A stretch of DNA of 54,055 nt from NCBI GenBank assembly GCA_016875215.1, contig VGRX01000005.1:1-54055 (forward strand). The letters run 5' to 3'. The notes under the pieces are model-generated. The model saw only the letters and a program-made list of their open reading frames with translations. It ran no database searches and was not told the DNA's origin. The DNA comes from Deltaproteobacteria bacterium. Its GTDB lineage: Bacteria; Myxococcota_A; UBA9042; CAIXZC01. Shown piece by piece: positions 1-8,869 of this stretch (position 1 is the first letter of the stretch; each line of letters opens with the position of its first letter). The position numbers were made by a program, and so were the translations under genes.

Positions 1-623
1 AAAACGCCCAGCAACAGCTCGCCCGGTTTCGCGAGACCTGCGAGGCCCTGGCGGCTGCCGGCATGCCCCCCCGCATCCGGAACTTCTCCAACTCCGCGGC
101 AGCGATCCTATGGTCCGAGACGCAGTTCGACCTGGTCCGGATCGGGATCTCCGCCTACGGCATGTGGCCCTCCAAGGAGACCTTCGTCAGCGCGGTCATC
201 CTGGGACGTGACAAGCCCCAGCTTCGTCCCGCGTTGACATGGAAGACCGTGGTGGCCCAGGTCAAGGACGTCCGCTCCGGCGAGTTCGTGGGCTACGGAC
301 GCACGTTCCGGACCACGCATCCGACGCTCCTGGCCGTGCTGCCCGTGGGGTACTACGACGGCTACGACCGCGGCCTGTCCAACCTGGCTCACGTCCTGGT
401 CAACGGCCAGATTGCCCCCGTGCGCGGGCGCGTGTGTATGAACATGATCATGGCGGACGTCACCGATGCCGGCGGAGTGCGCGCCGAGGACTCCGTCGTC
501 CTGCTCGGCAGCGACGGAGAGGAGTGCGTGACCGCAGAACAGATGGCTTCATGGGCCGGCACCATCAACTACGAGGTCACCACGCGGATCAACGAGCGCA
601 TCCCGCGATATCTCGTGGACTGA
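1..623 (+). CDS. alr: Alanine racemase, C-terminal part (5'-truncated by window edge)
   Basis: Frame is open from base 3 (NAQQQLARF...). Motifs NSAA, RIGISAYG, VGYGRTF, GYYDG, GRVCMNMIM, GTINYEVTT. Confidence 0.93.
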   Translation, partial: NAQQQLARFRETCEALAAAGMPPRIRNFSNSAAAILWSETQFDLVRIGISAYGMWPSKETFVSAVILGRDKPQLRPALTWKTVVAQVKDVRSGEFVGYGRTFRTTHPTLLAVLPVGYYDGYDRGLSNLAHVLVNGQIAPVRGRVCMNMIMADVTDAGGVRAEDSVVLLGSDGEECVTAEQMASWAGTINYEVTTRINERIPRYLVD

Positions 624-742
624 GGTTCAGGTCATGTCCGGATGGAGCCAGGTACGCCTCGAAAACCGTCACCATCGCGGCACCGACCGGTGCCCAGGTC
701 GCGGTGGAAAGAACCTCGAAGTGCCGGAATGAGGAGGAGCTT

Positions 743-2380
743 ATGACAACCAGAAGACCAGGGACTGTTCCCCCGAGAGCCACGGCATGGATCGTTGCCG
801 CCTGCCTCGCACTGCTCTCCTGCTCCGGCGGGGGAAGCGGCAACGGGTCGGGAACCGATATCGGGGGCGACGGGCCGGCCGGAGCCGATGCGATCCCCAC
901 GGAAGACATCGCCTCGGAGCTGGCTTCCGCATTGAGCCTGAGCCACGGCAAGAAGGCCCCCGACGACTACGACCGGGTATTCGGCGAAGGGGTGGTGCAC
1001 CGCATCGACCTGGTCATTCCGCAGGCCACCTACGCGGCCATGCTGGCCGAGCTGGAGGAGCGGCTCGGCCCGCCCGGCGGCAAGGGCGGCAAGGGGGACG
1101 ACCCCAAGGGGCCGCCCCCCAAGGCAGGTGTCGACGCCTGTGTCGGGCTCGCACCGGGGACCGAGTGCTCCTGGATGGACAAGGGGGTCGAGGTCAAAGG
1201 CAAGTGCACCATGATCCCGTTTGCAGGGGGGATACTCTTCTGCATGCCGGCCGAGCCTCCGCCCGGCATCCAGCCGTTGACAGGCTGGGACCCCAGCTAC
1301 GTCGAGATCTCGGTGAAGTTCGAGGAGGAGCTCTGGGAGCACGTCGGCATGCGCTTCAAGGGCAACTCGACCCTCAACCACGCCTGGCAGATCGGCAAGC
1401 GCAAGTTCTCGTTCCGGCTCAACTTCGACAAGTACGAGGACCAGTACCCGGAAACCGACGACCAGCGCTTCTGGGGGTTCCAGGAGGTGATCTTCAACAG
1501 CAACTGGCGGGACGATTCCATGATCCGGGAGTTTCTTGCCTGCGAGCTGTTCCGCAAGGGGGGCGTGAAGGCCTCCCGGGCCGCGTTCTACCGCGTCTTT
1601 GCCGACGTGGGGGAGGGGCCGGTCTACTGGGGGCTCTACACCCTGGTCGAGGACGTCTCCGATTCCGTGCTGGACAACCAGTTCGACGACGACGACGGGA
1701 ACCTGTACAAGCCGGACGGCGCCGGCGCTGACTTCACCCACTTCGATGCCCAGGGGTTCGTCAAGAAGACCAACGAGGAGCTCGAGGACTGGTCCGACGT
1801 CCAGGCGGTCATCGATGCCCTTCATGCGGATCCCACCGACGCCGACGCCTGGCGGGCCGGGCTCGATAAGGGGTTTGCCGTCGAAGCGTTTCTCCGGTGG
1901 CTGGCGCTCAACACCCTCGTCGGGAACTGGGACAGCTACGGCAACATCGCGCACAACTACTACCTGTACGCGGACTGGTCGAACCTGGGCCGTCTCACCT
2001 GGATCCCCTGGGACCTCAACGAGGCGTTCCGCTCCACGGGCGGCGTCAAGGACGCCCTCTCCCTCGGGCTTGCCGAGGTCACCGACAAGTGGCCCCTGAT
2101 CCGCTATCTCGCGGACGAGCCGGCCTACTTCCAGATCTACCGGGATTTCGTGGCGGACTTCGCAGACACGGTGTTTGCCGCAGAGGCGACCAAGGCCCGG
2201 ATGGAGGAGCTCCACACCCTCGTGGCCCCGTACGTCGTCGGACCGGAAGGGGAACAGGGAGAGTTCACCCTGCTCGAGTCATCCGATGCCTTCACCAATG
2301 CCCTGGTGTCCGGCTCCACCGCGCTCCTCCCCTACGTCGACCAGCGTCACGAGGCGGCAAAGGCGTTCCTGGGAAGGTGA
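743..2380 (+). CDS. CotH-family protein kinase lipoprotein
   Basis: GAGGAGG RBS before ATG 743; lipobox LLSC. CotH motifs VGMRFKGNST, KFSFRLNFDKY, DSMIREFLA, YWGLYTLVED, GNLYK, NWDSY..HNYYLY, WIPWDLNEAF. Confidence 0.88.
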   Translation: MTTRRPGTVPPRATAWIVAACLALLSCSGGGSGNGSGTDIGGDGPAGADAIPTEDIASELASALSLSHGKKAPDDYDRVFGEGVVHRIDLVIPQATYAAMLAELEERLGPPGGKGGKGDDPKGPPPKAGVDACVGLAPGTECSWMDKGVEVKGKCTMIPFAGGILFCMPAEPPPGIQPLTGWDPSYVEISVKFEEELWEHVGMRFKGNSTLNHAWQIGKRKFSFRLNFDKYEDQYPETDDQRFWGFQEVIFNSNWRDDSMIREFLACELFRKGGVKASRAAFYRVFADVGEGPVYWGLYTLVEDVSDSVLDNQFDDDDGNLYKPDGAGADFTHFDAQGFVKKTNEELEDWSDVQAVIDALHADPTDADAWRAGLDKGFAVEAFLRWLALNTLVGNWDSYGNIAHNYYLYADWSNLGRLTWIPWDLNEAFRSTGGVKDALSLGLAEVTDKWPLIRYLADEPAYFQIYRDFVADFADTVFAAEATKARMEELHTLVAPYVVGPEGEQGEFTLLESSDAFTNALVSGSTALLPYVDQRHEAAKAFLGR

Positions 2381-2408
2381 GCGTGACGGTCCGGTCCGTG
2401 GGCTGAAT

Positions 2409-5400
2409 CTACTTCTTCGTCCCGGTCACGTTGAAGGTCTTCTTTGCACAATCGTAGCAGAAGAACCCGCCGGTGTAGTTGAGGGTCAGCGTGCCGGTGA
2501 ACGTCGTGTCCGTGTTGAACGTTCCGGTCAGCGTGTAGGTCTCGGCGCACAGGCCGGGGCAGGTGCAGGTGGCCGTGAACTGCTTGTCCTTGGCGCTGTC
2601 GCCCAGCATGGTGCAGCAGGTGTTCATCGCCGGGGTGATGGTCAGGCTGGAGCCGTTGTCCGAGAGCTGCAGGGTGGTCACGTAGATGCTCACGTAGTTC
2701 TGGGCACAGCTGTAGTTGACCGTGGGTGTGATGCCGTAGGTTCCGCTCGGATCAAACCCCGTCGTCTGGCACTTTCCGTTGACGCACGTGGCTCCGCCCG
2801 AGCAGGTCCCGCACAGCCCGCCGCAGCCGTTGTCCCCGCACTCCTTGCCCGCACAGTTGGGGACGCACGTGCACTTGCCCGACTTGCAGTAGTTGTTCAG
2901 GCCGCCCGGGCAAGGCGTGTCGTCCTTGAGCGGGGTGTACACGCACCCCTGCACCGGGTGACAGGAGTCGGTAGTACAGAACTGGCTGTCATCGCAGACC
3001 TTGAGCGGACCGGAAACACACTTCCCGCCGGCACAGGTATCCGGGTCGGTGCAGACGTTCGAGTCGCTGCACGGCCCCGCAACCGGGTCGTGCTTGCATC
3101 CCGCCACGGGATCGGGAGTGTCCTTGGTGCACACGTTGCCGTCGTCGCAGGAGATGGGCTTGCCTGCGCACACGCCCTGGCTGCACACGTCGTCCGTGGT
3201 CGAGGCATTCTTGTCGTCACAAGGGGCCGTGTTGTTCGCGACCTTGCAGCCGGTCTGCGGGTTGCACCAGTCGTCCGTACAGACATTCCCGTCATCACAT
3301 CCCAGCGGCTTTCCCTGCACGCACCCCAGGGCCGGGCTGCAGGTCTCCTGGCCGTTGCACACATCGCCGTCGCTGCACACCAGCGGGATGCCCGTCAGGC
3401 ACCCCTGCTTCGCATCGCAGGTCTCGGTGCCGTTGCACTTGTTGCCGTCGTCGCACACCAGCGGCTCGCCGTTCATGCAGCCGCTGACCGGATTGCAGGT
3501 TTCGGTGCCGTTGCACTTGTTTGCGTCGTTGCACACCAGCGGAGTGCCGGCCACGCATCCCAGGACCGGATCGCAGGTCTCGATTCCGGTGCACTTGTTG
3601 CCGTCGTCACACACGGGCGGCTCGCCGTTCTGGCATCCGGTCGCGGGGTTGCAGGTCTCCTGTCCGTTGCACTTGTTGCCGTCGTCACAGGTCAGGGCGA
3701 GTCCCGGGAGGCATCCCTGGAGCGCATCGCAGGTCTCCTGTCCGTTGCACTTGTTGCCGTCGTCGCAGATGGGAGGCGGGCCGTTCTGGCACCCGGTCGC
3801 GGGGTTGCAGGTCTCGGTGCCGTTGCACTTGTTGCCGTCGTCGCACACCGGCGGAGTGCCCGCCTGACACCCCAGGAGCGGGTCGCAGGTCTCGACGCCG
3901 TTGCATGCATTCCCGTCATCGCAGCTCAGAGGCGCTCCGGGAGCACACTTGGCACCGGCGCAGGTGTCGCTCAGGGTGCACGCGCTGCCGTCGCTGCACG
4001 CTATCCCGTCGGTCTGCGGAAGAAGGCAGTCACCCGTCAGCGGAGCGCAGAACGGGTCGTTGCACGGGTCGAAGTCCTGGTCCGCGCATTTCGGGACCGA
4101 TCCTGCGCACACCCCGGCCACGCACTTGCCCCCCACGGTGCACGGATCTCCGTCCTCGCAGGCGGATCCCTCGATCGGCTGGTGCTCGCATTCCCACTGG
4201 GTCCCGTTCGCCTTGCACGCGTCCACGGTGCACTCGTTCTCGTCGTTGCAGTCCAGGTCGACCCAGGCCGTGTGGCACCCGGTCTGAGGGTCCCACCCCT
4301 CGCCGGCATCCAGGTGGGTGCAGTAGGTATCCCCCTTGTCGAAGCACTTCCAGTCCGGAGGCCAGCACCACTGGTCCGCCACCTTCTGTTCCAGTGCGCA
4401 GCCGTCCTTGCCGCACACCACGCCGGCCAGGATGCACGGCAGCGGCGGCTTGCCCATCTGCTCCGCACACTGCTCCTTGGTCTTGGCCACGCCGCCGGTG
4501 CACTTTCCCAGGGTCTCCTTCCCGATGGGACCTTCGGCAGCAGACCCCAGCGAACAGATCTGGTCCAGCAGGCACGGGTCGGCCGAGCACAGGTCCCCCG
4601 GTTTGGCCACCGGCCGGCAGTAGCGCACCATGGTCGTGGCCTTGCCCGGCACCGACGGGTCCGGGATCCAGTGGCACAGAAGCCCCGTGCACTCCCGGCA
4701 CCCCTCCTCGCATTCCTTGGGGAAGTCCTCGTCCCCACACGACACATCAAGCGTCTTGTCGACCTTGCACTTTCCCGCCTGGCACGAATGGCCGCCGCAC
4801 AGCTCGTCGTCGCCGTCCTGGTCCGTAAAGCAGGGCGTATTGTCGGGCTTGGACGTTTCCCGGCACCCTTCGAGCCCGCCCACGCAGACGACCTTGTCGA
4901 CGCATCCGTACGGGTCCACCAGGGCGTTTTCGGCCTCGCACTCCAGGGCCAGCTCGGTCGGCGTGGCCCCGGTGTTGTCCTGCACCCCTCCGACGCAGAC
5001 CGCGCCCACCCAGCAGTCGCTCGACGCGTACGGCGGGGAGTTGTCCGAAATCGTCTCCTCGATGCAGTCACCCGTCACGGCGTCGCACTTGGGCAGCGTG
5101 CACAGGTTCCCGTCCTGCTCGGGGCACTCCTTCAGCTCGGCCCCCAGGCACTCGCCGCTCCCCGAGCACTGACCTCCGGCAAAGCACCCCTGCCCGCAGG
5201 CCACCCCCTCGGCCTCGTACTCGATCTGGCAGTGCCCCTGCCAGCAGGTCATCGCCTGGATGCACTCGGTCTTCTCGCCGCAGTCGCTGATGCTCTTGCA
5301 GGGCGGGCCCAGTTGGATTTCGGGACCCGTGTCCTCCTGAACCGCGTCGGGAGCGGACTGATCCCCTCCGGCGTCACCGCCTCCGACCGAGCTGCCCCCG

Positions 5401-5477
5401 CAGGCGAAGAGAACGGCCGCCGTTGCCAGGAATCCGCAAGCGCGGCCGGGAACATACTGCCAAGTGCGAGTCGCCAT
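2409..5477 (-). CDS. Large cysteine-rich repeat lipoprotein (Dictyostelium CTDC-like CDDGNxC repeats)
   Basis: 1022 aa; lipobox LFAC; many CDDGNxCxxxETC/CTxDxC units; GAGAAGGAG upstream. Confidence 0.85.
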   Translation of the reverse strand: MATRTWQYVPGRACGFLATAAVLFACGGSSVGGGDAGGDQSAPDAVQEDTGPEIQLGPPCKSISDCGEKTECIQAMTCWQGHCQIEYEAEGVACGQGCFAGGQCSGSGECLGAELKECPEQDGNLCTLPKCDAVTGDCIEETISDNSPPYASSDCWVGAVCVGGVQDNTGATPTELALECEAENALVDPYGCVDKVVCVGGLEGCRETSKPDNTPCFTDQDGDDELCGGHSCQAGKCKVDKTLDVSCGDEDFPKECEEGCRECTGLLCHWIPDPSVPGKATTMVRYCRPVAKPGDLCSADPCLLDQICSLGSAAEGPIGKETLGKCTGGVAKTKEQCAEQMGKPPLPCILAGVVCGKDGCALEQKVADQWCWPPDWKCFDKGDTYCTHLDAGEGWDPQTGCHTAWVDLDCNDENECTVDACKANGTQWECEHQPIEGSACEDGDPCTVGGKCVAGVCAGSVPKCADQDFDPCNDPFCAPLTGDCLLPQTDGIACSDGSACTLSDTCAGAKCAPGAPLSCDDGNACNGVETCDPLLGCQAGTPPVCDDGNKCNGTETCNPATGCQNGPPPICDDGNKCNGQETCDALQGCLPGLALTCDDGNKCNGQETCNPATGCQNGEPPVCDDGNKCTGIETCDPVLGCVAGTPLVCNDANKCNGTETCNPVSGCMNGEPLVCDDGNKCNGTETCDAKQGCLTGIPLVCSDGDVCNGQETCSPALGCVQGKPLGCDDGNVCTDDWCNPQTGCKVANNTAPCDDKNASTTDDVCSQGVCAGKPISCDDGNVCTKDTPDPVAGCKHDPVAGPCSDSNVCTDPDTCAGGKCVSGPLKVCDDSQFCTTDSCHPVQGCVYTPLKDDTPCPGGLNNYCKSGKCTCVPNCAGKECGDNGCGGLCGTCSGGATCVNGKCQTTGFDPSGTYGITPTVNYSCAQNYVSIYVTTLQLSDNGSSLTITPAMNTCCTMLGDSAKDKQFTATCTCPGLCAETYTLTGTFNTDTTFTGTLTLNYTGGFFCYDCAKKTFNVTGTKK
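3300..3925 (-). repeat. ~8 in-frame 78-bp (26-aa) tandem repeats, e.g. PLVCDDGNKCNGTETCDPxxGCxxGx
   Basis: CGTTGCACTTGTT recurs at 78-nt period (e.g. 3431, 3509). Boundaries approximate. Confidence 0.85.
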
Positions 5478-5637
5478 TGGAGCTCCTTCTCATTCGAGCC
5501 TCAGGTCGCTTGCGGCAGCGATCCTCTCGAAATCACGGTCCGTCGTCAGCAGCGAGCAATCGTGTCGCATCGCCAGCCGGGCGATGTTCTCTCCTTCCAC
5601 ACGTGACTCTAAACATGTTCACCTTGACCGTCAATCA

Positions 5638-5753
5638 TCCGGCGGGACCCCTCGACTTGGCTCGGGACAGGCTGCGTCAGCCGCCGACCGGCATGCTCGA
5701 CGTACCTCAGGTACGCCTGCGCTGCCGGTTTCGACGGCTTCCTTGTCCGGCCG
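5638..5753 (-). repeat. Nested palindromic REP/MITE-like element
   Basis: Nested inverted arms 5679-5687/5731-5739, 5688-5693/5723-5728 and 5699-5705/5711-5717 around loop 5706-5710; outer GGAC/GTCC pair. Confidence 0.6.
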
Positions 5754-5868
5754 GTGCATGCCGGCCAAATCGGCCATGTTTGATCGTCGCTCAACACGAC
5801 GATGTGGGGGGGGCAGCGGAGCCCTCCCGTCGCCTACCGGAGTCCCTTCCAAGCGAACCAGATCCTCA

Positions 5869-6942
5869 TCACGCACCTCCTTTCACGACGGGCGATGCGA
5901 AGTATCTCTTCTTCACCCAGAGGGCGACGTTCACCAGTCCGATCAGGGCCGGCACCTCCACCAGGGGCCCGATGACCGCGGCGAACGCTGCCCCGTGGTG
6001 GATCGTGAACGTCGCGACCGCCACCGCAATGGCCAGCTCGAAGTTGTTCGATGCCGCAGTGAACGACAGGGTCGCCGACTGCTCGTACGTAGCCCCGAAA
6101 CGCTTGCTCATCCAGAACGACACGAGGAACATCACGACGAAGTAGATGACCAGCGGGAGCGCTATGCGCACCACGTCCAGCGGCAGGTCCACGATGGTCT
6201 TGCCCTTGAGCGAGAACATGATGACGATGGTGAAGAGCAGCGCGGACAGCGTGATGGGGCTGATCTTCGGGATGAACGTCGTATGGTACCATTCCTTGCT
6301 CCTGAACCGCAGCAGCGTAAACCGCGTGACGATCCCCGCCAAAAACGGGATGCCCAGGTAGATGAAGACGCTCTGAGCGATCTCGCCGATGGTGATGTCC
6401 ACCTCGATCCCCTGGAGGCCGACCCATGTCGGGACCACGGTGATGAAGATCCACGCGTACACGGAATAGAAGAGAACCTGGAACACGGAGTTGAATGCCA
6501 CCAGCCCGGCGCAATACTCGGCGTCTCCCCGGGCCAGGTCGTTCCACACGATGACCATGGCGATGCAGCGGGCGAGGCCGATCAGGATGAGCCCGACCAT
6601 GTACTCCGGCTGGTCCCGCAGGAAGAGGACCGCAAGCCCGAACATGAGCAGGGGCCCGATGACCCAGTTCTGGACCAGCGAGAGCAGGAGCACGCGGCGG
6701 TTCCGGAAGACCGGCCCCAGCTCCTCGTAGCGGACCTTGGCCAGGGGCGGGTACATCATCAGGACGAGCCCGATCGCGATGGGCAGCGATGTCGTGCCGA
6801 TGTTGAAGCGGTTGAGGAAGGGCTCGACACCGGGAAAGAGCCACCCCAGCAGGACGCCGCACCCCATCGCCAGGAAGATCCAGAGCGTGAGGTAGCGGTC
6901 GAGAAAGGAGAGCTCACGGACCACTGACGGTTCTCTGCTCAC
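5869..6942 (-). CDS. acr3: ACR3-family arsenite efflux transporter
   Basis: [71 protein letters not shown] start after GGAGGA. Confidence 0.95.
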   Translation of the reverse strand: MSREPSVVRELSFLDRYLTLWIFLAMGCGVLLGWLFPGVEPFLNRFNIGTTSLPIAIGLVLMMYPPLAKVRYEELGPVFRNRRVLLLSLVQNWVIGPLLMFGLAVLFLRDQPEYMVGLILIGLARCIAMVIVWNDLARGDAEYCAGLVAFNSVFQVLFYSVYAWIFITVVPTWVGLQGIEVDITIGEIAQSVFIYLGIPFLAGIVTRFTLLRFRSKEWYHTTFIPKISPITLSALLFTIVIMFSLKGKTIVDLPLDVVRIALPLVIYFVVMFLVSFWMSKRFGATYEQSATLSFTAASNNFELAIAVAVATFTIHHGAAFAAVIGPLVEVPALIGLVNVALWVKKRYFASPVVKGGA

Positions 6943-6964
6943 GGTCGCTCCTCCTGCTTCGGAC

Positions 6965-7321
6965 TCAGCCCGAAGCGGGTGCACAGCCCTGGGACTTCTG
7001 CTTCCGCCATTCCTCGAGTCGCTGCCGCAGGTCGGCAATGCGATTCGGGGGAAAAAGCTGCCGGACGGCCTTCACCAGCCTCGACCGATCCGCATCGAGC
7101 TGCGATGCCACCCGGTAGTACACCCAGACGGTTTCCCGCCGGTCGTCCAGGAGGCCGGCGTTGGCCAGGTACCGCAGGTGGCGGGAGGCCTTGGACTGGC
7201 TGATGTCCAGGACCTGCATGCAGTCGCACACGCACAGCTCCCCCTCGCACAGGATGAGCGCCATCATCTGCAGCCTGGTTTCGTCCGCCAATGCCTTGAA
7301 CGCTCGGGCAAGGTCCTTCAT
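6965..7321 (-). CDS. arsR: ArsR/SmtB-family metalloregulator
   Basis: [17 protein letters not shown] metal site, [12 protein letters not shown]; GGAGG RBS; directly upstream of acr3. Confidence 0.93.
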   Translation of the reverse strand: MKDLARAFKALADETRLQMMALILCEGELCVCDCMQVLDISQSKASRHLRYLANAGLLDDRRETVWVYYRVASQLDADRSRLVKAVRQLFPPNRIADLRQRLEEWRKQKSQGCAPASG

Positions 7322-7345
7322 CGCCCACCTCCGGAGCCGCGAACC

Positions 7346-7374
7346 CTTATACCCGGATAGGCGGGTATATGCAA
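7346..7374 (-). promoter_or_regulatory. arsR-acr3 sigma70 promoter overlapped by a probable ArsR operator
   Basis: Minus strand TTGCAT-N17-TATAAG. Perfect inverted repeat TATACCCG-N6-CGGGTATA at 7348-7369 covers the spacer. Confidence 0.7.
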
Positions 7375-7476
7375 CAGGCATCGTTCCGCCACCCGGAACG
7401 ACGTACGCCATGTGAACTGGGCGTACGCCCCCTCGCAGCCTGAGCCTGTCCCACGTTCCGCAGATCGTCCCTCCGC

Positions 7477-7505
7477 CTTGACACCCCCCCCTTTCCTCCT
7501 ATCTT
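7477..7505 (+). promoter_or_regulatory. Putative RpoH-type heat-shock promoter for htrA-clpB
   Basis: CTTG-N17-CCTATCTT (also readable as TTGACA-N16-TATCTT); same motif upstream of htpG. Confidence 0.55.
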
Positions 7506-7645
7506 AGCGTCGTGGAAAGGGAGGGGCGGCCATGCTCCGACGGACGGCTGGCGACATTCCGGGCCAGGGCACTCAAGGTCCTGACCTCCTGCTCCTGTTC
7601 CAGCCCGAAACCGCAGCACATCATCGTCGCACCTGGCCAGCAATC

Positions 7646-8842
7646 GTGCGGACTTCCGCTGCCTGGTCCCTCTACCTGATCGCTGTTCTGGCCGTCACGG
7701 CTCTGGGCGGCTGCCGGACCGAGGAGGCGAAAAAGGCCGAGTCCACGCCCAAGGTCATCGTCCACGCAGAGCCCATCATGCCCGCAGGTCAGGCAGGGCC
7801 TTCGGAGGGGATCAAGCCCACGGATCGGGGCGAAGCTCCCGGGCCGTCGAATCCGGATATGGACGAAGGTGCGGGGCGCCCGCGGCAAGATGGCGCCGGG
7901 TCCTACCCGGCAGATGTGTCGGTCCTTGGCCCCCGCCCCCTGACCCCGGGTTTCCTCCCCGACTTTGCGTCGATCTATGAGCGGGCGGCCCCGTCGGTCG
8001 TCAAGGTCCAGACCTACCGCAGTGCGGACGCCGCCCCATTCGCCATGGGAACCGGGTTCTTCTTCGGCGAGGCGGGGGACGTCGTCACCAACGCCCACGT
8101 GGTGCGAAATGCCCAACGGTTCGGAGTCACTCTGGCCGACGGGCGGGAGGTGCCTGCCCGGCTGGTCGGAGCCGACCCGCACACCGACATCGCGCTGCTG
8201 CATCTCGAAGGGGAGAATCTCCCCCGTCCTCTTCCTCCGGCCCCGTCCGATTCGGTCCGTACCGGCGACTGGGTGCTGGCCATCGGCAATCCGCTGGGCC
8301 TTGATTTCTCGGCCAGCCGGGGGATTGTCAGCGCGCTCAACCGGACCGATGTGCTGCCGGATGTCCTGGGATACTGGGATTTCATCCAGACCGACGCCGC
8401 GATCAACGTGGGCAACTCGGGGGGGCCGCTGCTCGACTGCAGCGGCTCGGTGGTCGGTGTTGCGGCCGCGGTCGAGAAGCAGGCCGACCGGATCGGGTTC
8501 GCAATTCCCATCGCCACGGCCGAGGTCGTGACCGAGCACCTGCGGCGCTACGGCGTCCTGAAGAGGTCGTGGCTGGGCATCGAGATCATCGAGGTCAAGG
8601 GAAAGGTCCAGGTCTATGGCGTCCGGCCCGATTCCCCCGCCGGCAGGGCGGGGTTGCAGCCGGGGGACGAGATCCTCGCCCTGGACGACATCCCCGTCAC
8701 CGACCGGACTCGCTTCCGCTGGCAGGTCGCCACCCATCCGCTCGACCCGCCGGCCAGGCTCAGACTGCTCCGGCAAGGCCAGGAGCGCGAGGTGTCCGTG
8801 CAGCTCGACGCGGCCCCCGACCTTCACAGGGTCGATCGCTGA
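7646..8842 (+). CDS. HtrA/DegP-like trypsin protease with one PDZ domain (lipoprotein); start uncertain (7532 or 7646)
   Basis: Triad motifs TNAHVV, DIALL, GNSGGP; IQTDAAIN; [17 protein letters not shown]; lipobox LGGC. Confidence 0.9.
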   Translation: MRTSAAWSLYLIAVLAVTALGGCRTEEAKKAESTPKVIVHAEPIMPAGQAGPSEGIKPTDRGEAPGPSNPDMDEGAGRPRQDGAGSYPADVSVLGPRPLTPGFLPDFASIYERAAPSVVKVQTYRSADAAPFAMGTGFFFGEAGDVVTNAHVVRNAQRFGVTLADGREVPARLVGADPHTDIALLHLEGENLPRPLPPAPSDSVRTGDWVLAIGNPLGLDFSASRGIVSALNRTDVLPDVLGYWDFIQTDAAINVGNSGGPLLDCSGSVVGVAAAVEKQADRIGFAIPIATAEVVTEHLRRYGVLKRSWLGIEIIEVKGKVQVYGVRPDSPAGRAGLQPGDEILALDDIPVTDRTRFRWQVATHPLDPPARLRLLRQGQEREVSVQLDAAPDLHRVDR

Positions 8843-8869
8843 CGGCTCCTCGCAAGGGGGAGTTTCGAC

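Noticed and set aside
239-742. N-terminal extensions in the ORF track for CotH (also for htpG, acr3, prmC, the CPBP protease and the flavoprotein)
   Set aside because: They overlap neighbouring genes or promoters; downstream starts have an RBS and match family N-termini.
5834-5869. Micro-[14 protein letters not shown] after acr3, preceded by AAAGGAGG
   Set aside because: Only 11 codons and no recognisable family; readthrough of the TAG runs into the palindromic element. It may be a relic of a lost ars gene but cannot be supported.
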